From an uncultured Gemmatimonadales bacterium (GTDB lineage: Bacteria; Gemmatimonadota; Gemmatimonadetes; Gemmatimonadales; Gemmatimonadaceae): DNA of 64,000 nucleotides. This document shows positions 20,997 through 30,716 of the stretch, one piece after another. Both the position numbers and the translations under genes were made by a program. Location: positions 1-64,000 of the forward strand of contig CAWKMU010000004.1 in assembly GCA_963850905.1 (NCBI GenBank), read 5' to 3'. A model generated the notes under the pieces. That model was not told the origin of the DNA, made no database searches, and worked only from the letters and a program-made list of their open reading frames with translations. Position 1 is the stretch's first letter; every line of letters begins with the position of its first letter.

Positions 20997-21731
20997 ATGA
21001 CGGCATCGCGGCGTGCATCTGATCCGGCTGGCGGTCCCACGGCCACCCACACCGGGCCAGTCGAGGACTATCTCAAGGCGATCTATGAGCTCGAGTGCCG
21101 CGGGCAAGGCGCCACGGCCACGACGTCGGAGATCGCCCACCGACTCAACATCGCGCCGGCCTCAGTCACCGGCATGGTGCATCGCCTCTCTGAGCAAGGC
21201 CTACTGGAGCATGAGCCCTATCGGGGAGTCCGACTGACCAAGGCCGGACAGCAGGTGGCGCTGCGCACGATTCGACATCACCGCGTCATCGAAACCTTTC
21301 TGACGCGCATGCTCGGGTATCAATGGGACGAGGTGCATGGGGAGGCCGAGCGACTCGAGCATGCAGCGAGCGACACGCTGATCGACCGGATGGCGGCGGC
21401 GCTGAAGGAGCCGGGGTTCGATCCGCACGGGGCGCCGATTCCCACGCGCGAGGGAATATTGCACGAGCCGCGATGCGCGTCGATCGGCGATCTCGGGCCT
21501 GGCGAGCGCGCGCGGATCGTGCGCGTGAGGGGTGAAGATCCAGCCCGTCTGCGGTACCTGGGTGAGCTCGGCCTGGTCCCCGGCGCGATCGTTCTCGTTG
21601 CGGCGCGGGCGCCGTTCGACGGGCCCATCACGGTGCGCGTGGGAAGTGGGCCGCGCGCAGTGGATCACGCAATCGGGCCGGGCCTCGGTGATGGGATCTT
21701 GGTGGAGCCAATCCCTTTGAAGAGCAAATGA
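20997..21731 (+). CDS. mntR: DtxR/MntR-family metal-dependent repressor with C-terminal FeoA domain
   Basis: VEDYLKAIY, PYRGVRLT, RHHRVIETFL, EAERLEH, DPHGAPIP, LRYLGELGLVPGA. Confidence 0.92.
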   Translation: MTASRRASDPAGGPTATHTGPVEDYLKAIYELECRGQGATATTSEIAHRLNIAPASVTGMVHRLSEQGLLEHEPYRGVRLTKAGQQVALRTIRHHRVIETFLTRMLGYQWDEVHGEAERLEHAASDTLIDRMAAALKEPGFDPHGAPIPTREGILHEPRCASIGDLGPGERARIVRVRGEDPARLRYLGELGLVPGAIVLVAARAPFDGPITVRVGSGPRAVDHAIGPGLGDGILVEPIPLKSK

Positions 21732-21923
21732 CGCGTTACGACCGCCGCGGGACCTAGGACCCGACCGCGGGTCCGGCAACGAGCCTCTCGGGGCGCGCGA
21801 CGCGATCTGGTCGGCCGACGATCATTTCGGCGCAGCCACAAGGACTCGGTCCGGGGGCGGGAGACCCAAGTGTCGACGGACACGCTTCCCATCGATCGCC
21901 AGGCAGCCCCCTTGCGGCCGAAC

Positions 21924-21937
21924 TTAGGGATAGCTAA
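21924..21937 (+). promoter_or_regulatory. Candidate DtxR/MntR operator TTAGGGATAGCTAA
   Basis: TTAG-N6-CTAA in an AT-rich context, upstream of an extended -10 TGGTATATT (21961..21969). Confidence 0.5.
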
Positions 21938-22179
21938 ACTAGGGTGCAGCCAGGACGAAATGGTATATTTGTACCGCAATGTTCTGTCGCGACGCCAATG
22001 CTCCACAGCACGCAACAACCACCGCCCTTGACCCTCATGCGGTTAGTGGCCTTGCATTGCATCCGGAAGGGCGCATTCACGAGCGGCCCATCGATCGGAC
22101 GACCGCGAAGCATTGAGCTACGCGTGAGCGTACGACAGTGATCGAGCTATCTCGCGCCCCACGCGTGGAGGGCTGACAC

Positions 22180-22500
22180 GTGCCTGACAATTCCTGCGGC
22201 ACTTGCAACGCTACGGGAATGGTGGTCGAGCAGCGCATCGAGAGTTCGCCATGTACGACCTGTGGGGCGTCCGGCATCGGGTCTCGTTGCGTGGAGCATC
22301 GACGGATTCCATGCGAGCACTGCATCAAAGGCGTGGTCATCCATGCATCGGGGCCACGACTTTGCGCACGTTGCGAACGGGGGTTCATCCTGTCTCACCA
22401 TGAGCGGACCACCGTCTGCCGTGATTGCCAAGGGACTGGCATAGTGCAGCGTACGTGGCAACATGACAAAGTCATGTGCCGAGTGCCGCAGCACGGATGA
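22180..22500 (+). CDS. Small Cys-rich DnaJ-type zinc-finger-like protein
   Basis: Five CxxC units (CGTCNATG, CTTCGASG, CEHCIKG, CARCERG, CRDCQGTG); GGAGG RBS. Confidence 0.7.
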   Translation: MPDNSCGTCNATGMVVEQRIESSPCTTCGASGIGSRCVEHRRIPCEHCIKGVVIHASGPRLCARCERGFILSHHERTTVCRDCQGTGIVQRTWQHDKVMCRVPQHG

Positions 22501-22748
22501 GCGAAGTCGCCAGGGCGAGCCGACGGGGCACGCGCGGGCGGTACTCGCTCAACGCGCGGCCAGGACTGCAGGCCGAATGCGGTTGGGCGGCCCATCTGTT
22601 CGGGGTTCGTGATTGTTTCATCTGCTGCAACAGCCATCCGCGAGGGCTTTTGCCCGCAGCGCGGCAATTCCCTCGGTAGCAATCAGCGGGACCAGGGCTA
22701 ATGCTGCCGCCGCGGGATATGTCCTCACCCTAATACACCGATAAGACA

Positions 22749-25163
22749 ATGCGTCTCCGCTGTGCTACCATCGCCGCAATCGTCAGCGTGTGGGCCGGGA
22801 CGGCAGTCGCGCAGGGCAGCCCCTCCGGTCGAACGGCATCCGGCTCCGCTGCCTGGTCGATCCACGGAGTGGTGCGCGACAGTGTGTCGCAGAGGCCGGT
22901 CGCCGGCGCCGCCATCGCGCTCAGTCAGGGTCAGACCACGCTCGCGCAGGTGAGTGACGACTCGACGGGCCGCTACGACCTCCGCGCCCCGGGCCTTGGC
23001 ACCTACACCCTGAGCGCCAAGGGACTGGGCTACGCCGAGCAGGTCCGCACGGTCACGCTCGACTCGACCGCGCGAAGGGCGCAGAGCGACTTCATGCTGT
23101 CGAGGGTCCTGCCAACCGTGACGATAACGGAATTAAACAAGGCGCGGGCGCAAATCGCGCCCAGCCTGGGGGCGGTCACTTACAACACTGACGAAAGCCA
23201 GATTCAGTCCATGGGCCAGGGGGAAAACGCCTCGTTTCAGCAGGTGCTCTTGCATGACCCGGGTGTGGTGCAGGATGAATTCGGAGAGATCCATGTTCGG
23301 GGCGATCACGGCGACGTACAGTATCGCATCAATGGCATTTTCCTGCCGGAAAGCCTCAACGGTTTTGCGCAGGAGGTGGACACGCACGTCATCGAGAATG
23401 TCACGCTGCTAACCGGAGCCATGCCGGCCGCATTTGGCGACCGCACGGCCGGCGTCATCGACATCACCACCAAGTCGGGTGCTGAACTCAACGGCAATGA
23501 GTTTCAGACGTATGGCGGCAGCTACGGGACCATCCACTCAACCGCGGTCTTGGGCGGCACCACACGCAATCTGGACTATTTTGTTAGCGCCTCGTATTTG
23601 CGCGACAACGTAGGCATCGACCCCACTACGCCCAGCCCCAATCCGTTGCACGACCTGACGGATCAGGGAAAACTCTATGGTTACTTCTCCCACGTCTTGG
23701 ACCCCACGAGCCGGGTGACGTTGTTGGTGAGCGGTTCCCTGGCGGGCTTTGAGATTCCGGACACCCGAGGGCTTACTCCCACCTACAACATGCTGACCGA
23801 CGCGGTACCGAATTCGGCCATCATTAACGAGAACCAGAACGAAGAGAATAATTACGCCGTGCTCTCCTACCAAAAAACCGAGGGCAACTTTTCGGGCCAA
23901 ATCGCCGCCTTTACGCGATACGCCTACATCCACTATACACGCGATCTGGCACAGAACCTGATGTTCGATGGCACTGCGGGAAACATTATAAATGATGATC
24001 TCGCCAATGGTGTGCAGCTCCAGACGTCTTATACCCTGGGCGATCACCACACCCTCCGGGCGGGACTGCTCGGAACCTACGACATTGAAAAACTCGACAA
24101 CACGTCCACCGTCTTCCCCTCGGCTTCCCAATTCCGGCCCAGCGGCACCGGCCAGAATTTGCCGACCACAGTTGCCCCGCAATCGTCCACGACGCCCGAA
24201 ACCATCGTTGCCAACAGCGGGGCCAACGGGCTGACCTCCGGCATTTACTTGCAGGACGAGTGGCGGTTGAATGACCAACTGACCGTGAACTACGGCGTGC
24301 GCTACGACCGTTTTGACGTGACCTTCGATCACGAAGGCCAGGTTAGCCCGCGCGTGAACCTGATTTGGCAGGCTAACGACGCCATCACAGCTCATCTCGG
24401 CTATGCGCATTATTTCATGCCACCAACCCTGCAGTATGTTCCACTGTCGACCGTACAGCAATTTGAATACACGACTGACGCTCCTTTCAACGATCGAGCC
24501 GATCCTCCCAAAGTTGAACGCGATAATTATTTTGACGCCGGTATTATCTGGCAGGTCGCCCGACCTCTGCAATTGACGGCGGACGCGTTCCTCAAGGCGG
24601 CCCGGAACCTGCTCGACGACGGACAGTTCGGCGCCGCGGTCATTCTGAACAATTTCAATTACGGGTGGGGCGAAGTTTATGGTGACGAATTGGGCGCCAC
24701 CTACAAGCGAGGCCCTCTTTCCTTGTATGGGGAATTTTCCTATGTCCAAACCTGGGCAGACAATATTGACTCGTTTGAAAATGAATTCCCGGACAATGAA
24801 CTGGCCTACCTTCTGAGCCACCACTTCCAACTGGACCACCAGGGTCGTTACACCAGCTCGGCCGGCGTGGCTTACACCTTTCTGAGAGACACCCAGGTCC
24901 ATGGCGATTTTGTGTATGAAAACGGCCTGCGCGCCGGTTTTGCAAATGACGTGAAACTTCCCAGCTATGATTGGACCAACGTCGGGGTGCAACATGTCTG
25001 GCATGTGCACACTTTGGCCGTCGAGCAGGTAAGGCTCCGTGTCGATTGCCTCAATGTGTTCAACAATGTTGGCGAAATTCGCAATGGCACTGGAATCGGC
25101 ATCTCCGCCGCGGCCTATGTTCCGCCCCGCGGCTTCTACGCTGGAATCACGGCAGTCTTTTAG
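22749..25163 (+). CDS. TonB-dependent receptor with N-terminal carboxypeptidase-regulatory-like domain
   Basis: Signal peptide, IHGVVRDS...PVAGA, plug IHVRGDHG, YLQDEWRL, GVRYD, SPRVN, C-terminal Phe. Confidence 0.92.
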   Translation: MRLRCATIAAIVSVWAGTAVAQGSPSGRTASGSAAWSIHGVVRDSVSQRPVAGAAIALSQGQTTLAQVSDDSTGRYDLRAPGLGTYTLSAKGLGYAEQVRTVTLDSTARRAQSDFMLSRVLPTVTITELNKARAQIAPSLGAVTYNTDESQIQSMGQGENASFQQVLLHDPGVVQDEFGEIHVRGDHGDVQYRINGIFLPESLNGFAQEVDTHVIENVTLLTGAMPAAFGDRTAGVIDITTKSGAELNGNEFQTYGGSYGTIHSTAVLGGTTRNLDYFVSASYLRDNVGIDPTTPSPNPLHDLTDQGKLYGYFSHVLDPTSRVTLLVSGSLAGFEIPDTRGLTPTYNMLTDAVPNSAIINENQNEENNYAVLSYQKTEGNFSGQIAAFTRYAYIHYTRDLAQNLMFDGTAGNIINDDLANGVQLQTSYTLGDHHTLRAGLLGTYDIEKLDNTSTVFPSASQFRPSGTGQNLPTTVAPQSSTTPETIVANSGANGLTSGIYLQDEWRLNDQLTVNYGVRYDRFDVTFDHEGQVSPRVNLIWQANDAITAHLGYAHYFMPPTLQYVPLSTVQQFEYTTDAPFNDRADPPKVERDNYFDAGIIWQVARPLQLTADAFLKAARNLLDDGQFGAAVILNNFNYGWGEVYGDELGATYKRGPLSLYGEFSYVQTWADNIDSFENEFPDNELAYLLSHHFQLDHQGRYTSSAGVAYTFLRDTQVHGDFVYENGLRAGFANDVKLPSYDWTNVGVQHVWHVHTLAVEQVRLRVDCLNVFNNVGEIRNGTGIGISAAAYVPPRGFYAGITAVF

Positions 25164-25938
25164 CAGGTATTTATGGTCTTAGACCAACGTGAAGCGCAAA
25201 CAAGCTACAAACCGGAATCGGGATTGTTCCGGGTGTCGCTCGGTGCCACGGAAGGGGACAGCAATTGTCAGCTTGCGTGGATCAACGCTGTTTGCACATT
25301 GGTCTTTTTCGGCGGCGCTGCCGGTTCCAGGCCGGTCTGAATAAACGTTAAGTCACTACCCCAACAAGTCGAAGCCGTTCAGAGCGAGAGGTTGTTAGTC
25401 GAACAGGGATCCCTCCGATTGCGGTGGTGATCGCGGCTATGCCGCGATCACGGGCGCCGTGCTTTTCTGCTTCTACCGAAAAACGAAGCGTGGTGGCCTA
25501 CTACGAGGCCATCAGCAACAAAGGACGTAACGGGCCGTGAACGCAAAATGAACGAGACGCGCGAGAGCCAAAAACTCTCGACTGAGGCAACCGCCAGGTT
25601 ACGCCTCATCGGATTGGCCGAGACAGCGTAGCGGTGGAGGCGGCCCGGGCGGTCGCTCTTTTCCGCCTTTAGTTCGATCCCTGAGCTCACACTACCGGGG
25701 GCGGTCCCGTATCCACCATCGGTATCACTTCACTCCATCGCAAAATGAAGACAGAAATGAAGGCAGTTCGGCACCCGTTCGGGTTCATTGGTGGCGCACC
25801 GTGGCGCGTTGACCCGCGATTGACCCGGTTAAGTGCCTCACGAGAGAAGAACGAGCCCTAAGTGAGTCGTTCAGGACCGCGCTGAACAGCCTCCGATCGG
25901 AGCGCCAAGGGCTGCTCTTATCTCGTGCGGCAAGCTAG

Positions 25939-27997
25939 TGTCGTGTTGCCTCACGTAATTGTGTTACCCGATGCGTCATTGACGAGGTTACCCGTTGGGG
26001 ACCGATAGCAGTTCTGGAAAGCGTACGATGTGAGGCCGCCTTCTCCAGCTATCAGCCGCTCAACAGCGTGTTGTCGCCACGCTCGCACTCGTTTCTGCAA
26101 CGTGTTGAGTTGCTGTAGGCTATAGCGTCCTGGATAGCGGGCTTGGAATTCGATGAGCAGCTCCAGCGCGGTCTGATCGGGATTCTCCTCTAGACATTGC
26201 GCCATCTCCGCCCAGTCTGCGCTGAAGACTTGAGGACGGCGACCTCGCGGCTTGTCGCTGAGCCGTCGGTAGGTTTTCGGACCGATGATAACGCCGCGTG
26301 CCCGCGCATCTCGGCGCCACAGATTGATGCGACGAAGCAGCGCTCTGTACTGTGCGCGGCTAAATCGACCGGGGAACTGGATACAGAGTTCCTCGAAGAG
26401 CTGCATGGCGTTGATGTTTGGCAATCCTTCCAGTCGGCGGTACACGATTGGCCACACCATACGTAGCGCCTGGACACGGGCGCGGCCACGCTCAGCGTAG
26501 ATCGCCCGTGGTCTCTCCTGCGGCTTCGCAGCAATGGCGGTAATGTCCACAGTCACCGGATTGCAGGTCATGACGGGGTTCGCGGTCGGGCGCGGCGACG
26601 AGATCTTCTGCAAGCCGCGCAGGTATCGCGGTTTGGCCTCGCTGGAAAACGTCGGACGGATCTCACCGGCGTGCCAGGCACTGGACAAGCTGGCCACGAA
26701 CGCGGCGAGATTAGGCGGCTCCGAGGTCATTTGCGGCGGCGCCTCACCATCCGCCAGCGCCGCCAGGTAGGCCTGGACGGCCCGCATTTCCTCGAGGAGC
26801 TTCAAGGGATCCAGCGCCGCGACAATCTCACGCAGCTTGTCCTTGGCAAGCGTCGGGATGCTTTCCGCCTGCAGTAGTCGCTCGCAAGGAGTCTGGGGGG
26901 CATGATAGCGCTTGGTCACTTTCGCGCCGTCCCGCTCCTTCGCCGCCAGTTTGAACGAGGGCTGGAAGAAGTTCACGAACAGCCTGGATGCCGCGTACAG
27001 GCGCGTGATCGCTCGGGCAGCGGCGAGACCTTCGAAGCGCCGATAGCCCACGAGCTTGCGCACAATGGCGCCGTTCTTCTGCTCGATCCACGCCTGATCG
27101 TTCTTGCGGTAGGGCCGCGAGCGGGTGAGTTCGATGCCATGGCTCAGGCAATACTCGATGAGCCGGTCATTCACGAACTCACTGCCATTGTCCACGTCCA
27201 ACGCGCGCAGAGCGAAGGGCAGGCCGGCCCGGATCCGCTCGAGGGTCTCGACGACCAAGCTGCCCTCTCGGACCACGATCGGCGCCGCTTCCGTCCATCC
27301 GCTCGCGATATCGGTCAGAACCAAGCTGTGGACATAGCTGCCGCGGTTGACCTCTCCACAGTGAGCCACCAAGTCCATCTCCATGCTGCCAGGCGCAGGC
27401 TCATTCCAATCGGCAAAGGTGCGCATTCTGATGCGCCGCCGCGATTCGGGTACGACGCGCGCGATCTGCCTGGTCCGAGTGGCCTGCCTCGCCACCCGCA
27501 ACAAGCGGTCGATTGTCGAGGCGCTCATCGCCAGGATCTTCGGCCGTATTTCCTCATCAAGCCTCAGATGCCCATGGCGCTCCAAAGCCGGGAGGAGGAT
27601 CGGGAGCAGCGCTCTCAGCCGCTTGCCGCATACCCGATCCGAAGCCTCCCACAGCACAATGATGGCCGCGCGTACGGCTTCATCGTACAGTGACGGACGC
27701 TGCCGTCGCTGGCGGACTATCGCTACAGGAACGCTGTTGAGGACGCGGATCGCAGACTTCTCGTGGTAGCCGGTGGCCGCTATGAACTCCTCGAGGATCC
27801 GGCGCTTCGCCGAACCGGCAGCGCCCCGGTAGCGCCCTCGAATGGCGTCGGTGAGCTCTGCACGAGTCGCACGTGTCATGCTTCGCTTCATGATGCCTCC
27901 CTGTCGTGAGGGCATCATGGTGCAGGTGCCTCACCGGTAACAAGTCAGGTCAGGCAACGGACCTTGTCAGTAACGGTTTTCATGAGGCAATGCGAGA
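25939..27997 (-). mobile_element. Intact ISNCY-type (rve/integrase-core) insertion sequence
   Basis: Imperfect TIRs TGTCGTGTTGCCTCA / TCTCGCATTGCCTCA. Two GGTAAC-N8/9-TGAGGCAA-like sites at each end. 5-bp TSD GCTAG (25934..25938 and 27998..28002). Confidence 0.85.
25951..27891 (-). CDS. DDE transposase (integrase core) with duplicated C-terminal HTH
   Basis: EMDLVAH, LDVDNGSEF, TRSRPYRKNDQAWIEQKN; GGAGG RBS. Confidence 0.92.
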   Translation of the reverse strand: MKRSMTRATRAELTDAIRGRYRGAAGSAKRRILEEFIAATGYHEKSAIRVLNSVPVAIVRQRRQRPSLYDEAVRAAIIVLWEASDRVCGKRLRALLPILLPALERHGHLRLDEEIRPKILAMSASTIDRLLRVARQATRTRQIARVVPESRRRIRMRTFADWNEPAPGSMEMDLVAHCGEVNRGSYVHSLVLTDIASGWTEAAPIVVREGSLVVETLERIRAGLPFALRALDVDNGSEFVNDRLIEYCLSHGIELTRSRPYRKNDQAWIEQKNGAIVRKLVGYRRFEGLAAARAITRLYAASRLFVNFFQPSFKLAAKERDGAKVTKRYHAPQTPCERLLQAESIPTLAKDKLREIVAALDPLKLLEEMRAVQAYLAALADGEAPPQMTSEPPNLAAFVASLSSAWHAGEIRPTFSSEAKPRYLRGLQKISSPRPTANPVMTCNPVTVDITAIAAKPQERPRAIYAERGRARVQALRMVWPIVYRRLEGLPNINAMQLFEELCIQFPGRFSRAQYRALLRRINLWRRDARARGVIIGPKTYRRLSDKPRGRRPQVFSADWAEMAQCLEENPDQTALELLIEFQARYPGRYSLQQLNTLQKRVRAWRQHAVERLIAGEGGLTSYAFQNCYRSPTGNLVNDASGNTIT

Positions 27998-28552
27998 GCT
28001 AGTGGATGTACGACATTTCTTAATCTTCTGGGTTGAGATGGCAGAGATTTCTCCCGTTGATTTCTTAGTTACCGGGGGGCGCGGTAAGATCCAGCGCAAC
28101 GCACGAATGGTCCGAAATGGGCGGCTGAGAACCTGGCGTTGACTCCCGAGTTCAGGGGATCCAGTGGACCGTCGAAGGTGCTCGCATTGGCGCACCTGAT
28201 CCGACGCTATCCTGTACGGCGGCCACTCCTTTGGCCGAGCGGGTCGTGCCCTCCAGGCGATCAACGCCCAGCACCCCCTGCGGTTTACGACGCACCTAAT
28301 GCGCGCGCCGGCCGTGGCTGCGACATACTTAGCCGCGGTCCGATCTGCACCTCGACAAAAACGTCGATGGCCAGGCGTGGCCGTCAAGAGCCGCGAATAG
28401 CTTTGATCTTGATGACGAAGCTGGCGATCGAATTGAGAAGCTTGGAAAGCAGGATAAGTCGTTGAGCGGATAGCAGCGCGGCCCGGCGAGTGATCCAAGG
28501 TCGCACGCTTCGGCCCTGTAGCCGACACCTTCGACTTGTGTATATTGGGTAC

Positions 28553-28975
28553 ATGCGCCGCTCGTGGTCGCAGCGCGTATTCGCTGCCGTGCTTTCGCTG
28601 TGGTTCGCCGTCGTAGTTCCAGGCATGGCGCCCATGCCAATGGCCCAAGATGGCGACGCGACTATGGCCGGGATGCCGGGCATGCCAGCGATGGGACACG
28701 ATGGGTCGGCGCAATGCCAGGCAGCTGCGAGGCATTCGTCACCGGCTGCGCCAGACGGGTCGGTACCCACGAGGCACCCGCAGCACGGCGGATGTGATGG
28801 AGCGTGCTGCACGCCGGCGACTGTCACGCTAGCCGCCGGCAGACTTGTCGCCATTCCTGTCGTGCCCGCCCGCGTCGTCACGACTGCGGCGAAACCGGTG
28901 CAAGATGCTCCTCCACCTGCCGCACCACAGGTCGTGCTTCCGCCGCCCGTCGGTCCTCCTGTGCTTTGGGCCTAA
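28553..28975 (+). CDS. DUF2946-like (CutF/CruR-like) metal-responsive leader protein
   Basis: Signal peptide, Met/His-rich segment, CDGACC, Pro-rich C-terminus LPPPVGPP; directly upstream of copC. Confidence 0.65.
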   Translation: MRRSWSQRVFAAVLSLWFAVVVPGMAPMPMAQDGDATMAGMPGMPAMGHDGSAQCQAAARHSSPAAPDGSVPTRHPQHGGCDGACCTPATVTLAAGRLVAIPVVPARVVTTAAKPVQDAPPPAAPQVVLPPPVGPPVLWA

Positions 28976-29193
28976 CCCCCGACTCGCCGGGGTTGTCTCG
29001 AGCGGCGCGCAAACGCATGCCCGCCGGGCCGAAGCAGTGAGGCTCGGTTCAAACCGGTAAGTCTCGGGTTCTCGTCGTCCAACCATCCGTACGCCCTTTC
29101 TGCGTGACGCGCCATCGCATCGCGTAGCGAGCTATAAGGGCGCGTGCGGTCGTCAATAACGCCTCGTTGGCCATCGTCTGGCCGGGAATTCTC

Positions 29194-29631
29194 ATGTTCG
29201 CTCATCCGATTGCGTTGACGGCGCGTGCCGCTGGTATCCTGGCGCTCGCCGGAATGTTCGCCGCTAGCTCAACGCTCCGCCAAGCGTCGGCCGGGGTTCC
29301 GCACGCCGGGATGTGGCACGTCCACCTCGTCAAGTCCGAACCGGCTGCTAACGACACACTGCGCGCTCCGCCGGGCGCGATCAAACTGTGGTTCAGTGAA
29401 GACCCGGAGCTCGCGATCACCTCCGTTGCGCTAAGCATGTCCATGGGTGCGAGCACGATGCCGATAACCGTGTCCGCCGTACACCGCGACGGCGCGCCGC
29501 ACTCGCCCATTGTGGCGGACATTACAGGCAAGGTGACGCCTGGCGCCTACACGATCGAGTGGAAAACGGCGGCGACGGATGGTCACCCTGCGTCGGGCGC
29601 CATCGCCTTCGTCGTTGCAAGCGGCCGGTAA
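29194..29631 (+). CDS. copC: Copper resistance protein CopC
   Basis: HVHLVKSEPAAN, LWFSE, GAYTIEW, DGH. Confidence 0.9.
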   Translation: MFAHPIALTARAAGILALAGMFAASSTLRQASAGVPHAGMWHVHLVKSEPAANDTLRAPPGAIKLWFSEDPELAITSVALSMSMGASTMPITVSAVHRDGAPHSPIVADITGKVTPGAYTIEWKTAATDGHPASGAIAFVVASGR

Positions 29632-29737
29632 CCCCGCTCAACAAGCGTTCGGGCAGACATCCCTTGGCGCGCCGCCTGTTGACATATCGCGTTGGGGCGC
29701 GTCAACGGCTGCCCACTCCAAAGCCCTGGAGGCCTGC

Positions 29738-30682
29738 GTGATCTGGGATGTACTCCCGGTCGTCACGAGGCTCACGATCTTCGCCGGGGTGATCCTCACC
29801 ATCGGGGCAATCACCTTCGAGCGAGTCGTGCTGGCAACTGTATCCCACCACGACGCCGCGCCGGCATCGGAGGTGTTCGTCTCTGCCGCGGCCGTTCGCA
29901 CACGTCGGCTGTCGCTAGCGGTCGCGGGTGTCACGGCGCTATTCGTACTCGTTCGGTTCATTCTCCAGGTCCGCGAGTTCTTGTTGCCGTCCGGCTGGTT
30001 GGCGACCGCCGGCGCGCTGCTGGGAGGCACCGTGTGGGCCCGGGGCTGGATGGTTCAAATGACCGCGATGTTGCTCTTCATGGCCGCCCGGAGTGCTGAC
30101 GATCCGGCCCGCCGCTTACGCAGTCGATCGGGTGTCACCATGGGTGGCGTCTGGCTTGGCGTCGTCGGCATGGCGATCGCTCCCGCAATCACAGGACACG
30201 CTATTGCCTCGCAGGAGCACCCCGTGCTTGCCGTGGTGGCGGACACCCTGCACGTCGTTGCGGCTGGGACGTGGCTCGGGACACTGGCCGTCATCGTGCT
30301 GGTCGGCGTTCCGACTGCAGCAACAGATCGGACCCGCTGGGGCGATCGGGTCGCCTATATGGTGCGGGCTCTCTCACCGATCGCGCTCACGAGTGCGGCG
30401 GTGATCGTCTGTACCGGCGTCGTCGCGAGCTGCATGCATCTTGACCGCGTCTCCTCACTGTGGACGAGTCCCTACGGGCGCTTGCTCGCCATCAAAGTGG
30501 CGCTATTCGGGCTTGTCGTCGTTGTCGGTGCCTACAACTGGCGCGGCGTCGCCCCGAGGTTGCGAGATGCACGGGGCGTCGAAGTGCTCATTCGGAGTGC
30601 CGCGCTGGAACTTGTGCTTGCAACTGGCGTCTTGACCATCACCGCCGTACTTGTCGCAACCGCAATGCCGGGGGAAGGGTGA
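29738..30682 (+). CDS. copD: CopD-family copper transport membrane protein
   Basis: TGHA, DTLHVVAAGTWLG, TSPYGRLLAIK; GTG start with GGAGG RBS. Confidence 0.88.
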   Translation: MIWDVLPVVTRLTIFAGVILTIGAITFERVVLATVSHHDAAPASEVFVSAAAVRTRRLSLAVAGVTALFVLVRFILQVREFLLPSGWLATAGALLGGTVWARGWMVQMTAMLLFMAARSADDPARRLRSRSGVTMGGVWLGVVGMAIAPAITGHAIASQEHPVLAVVADTLHVVAAGTWLGTLAVIVLVGVPTAATDRTRWGDRVAYMVRALSPIALTSAAVIVCTGVVASCMHLDRVSSLWTSPYGRLLAIKVALFGLVVVVGAYNWRGVAPRLRDARGVEVLIRSAALELVLATGVLTITAVLVATAMPGEG

Positions 30683-30716
30683 TATGAGGACAACCCGTTC
30701 GCGCGAGGTGACGTGC

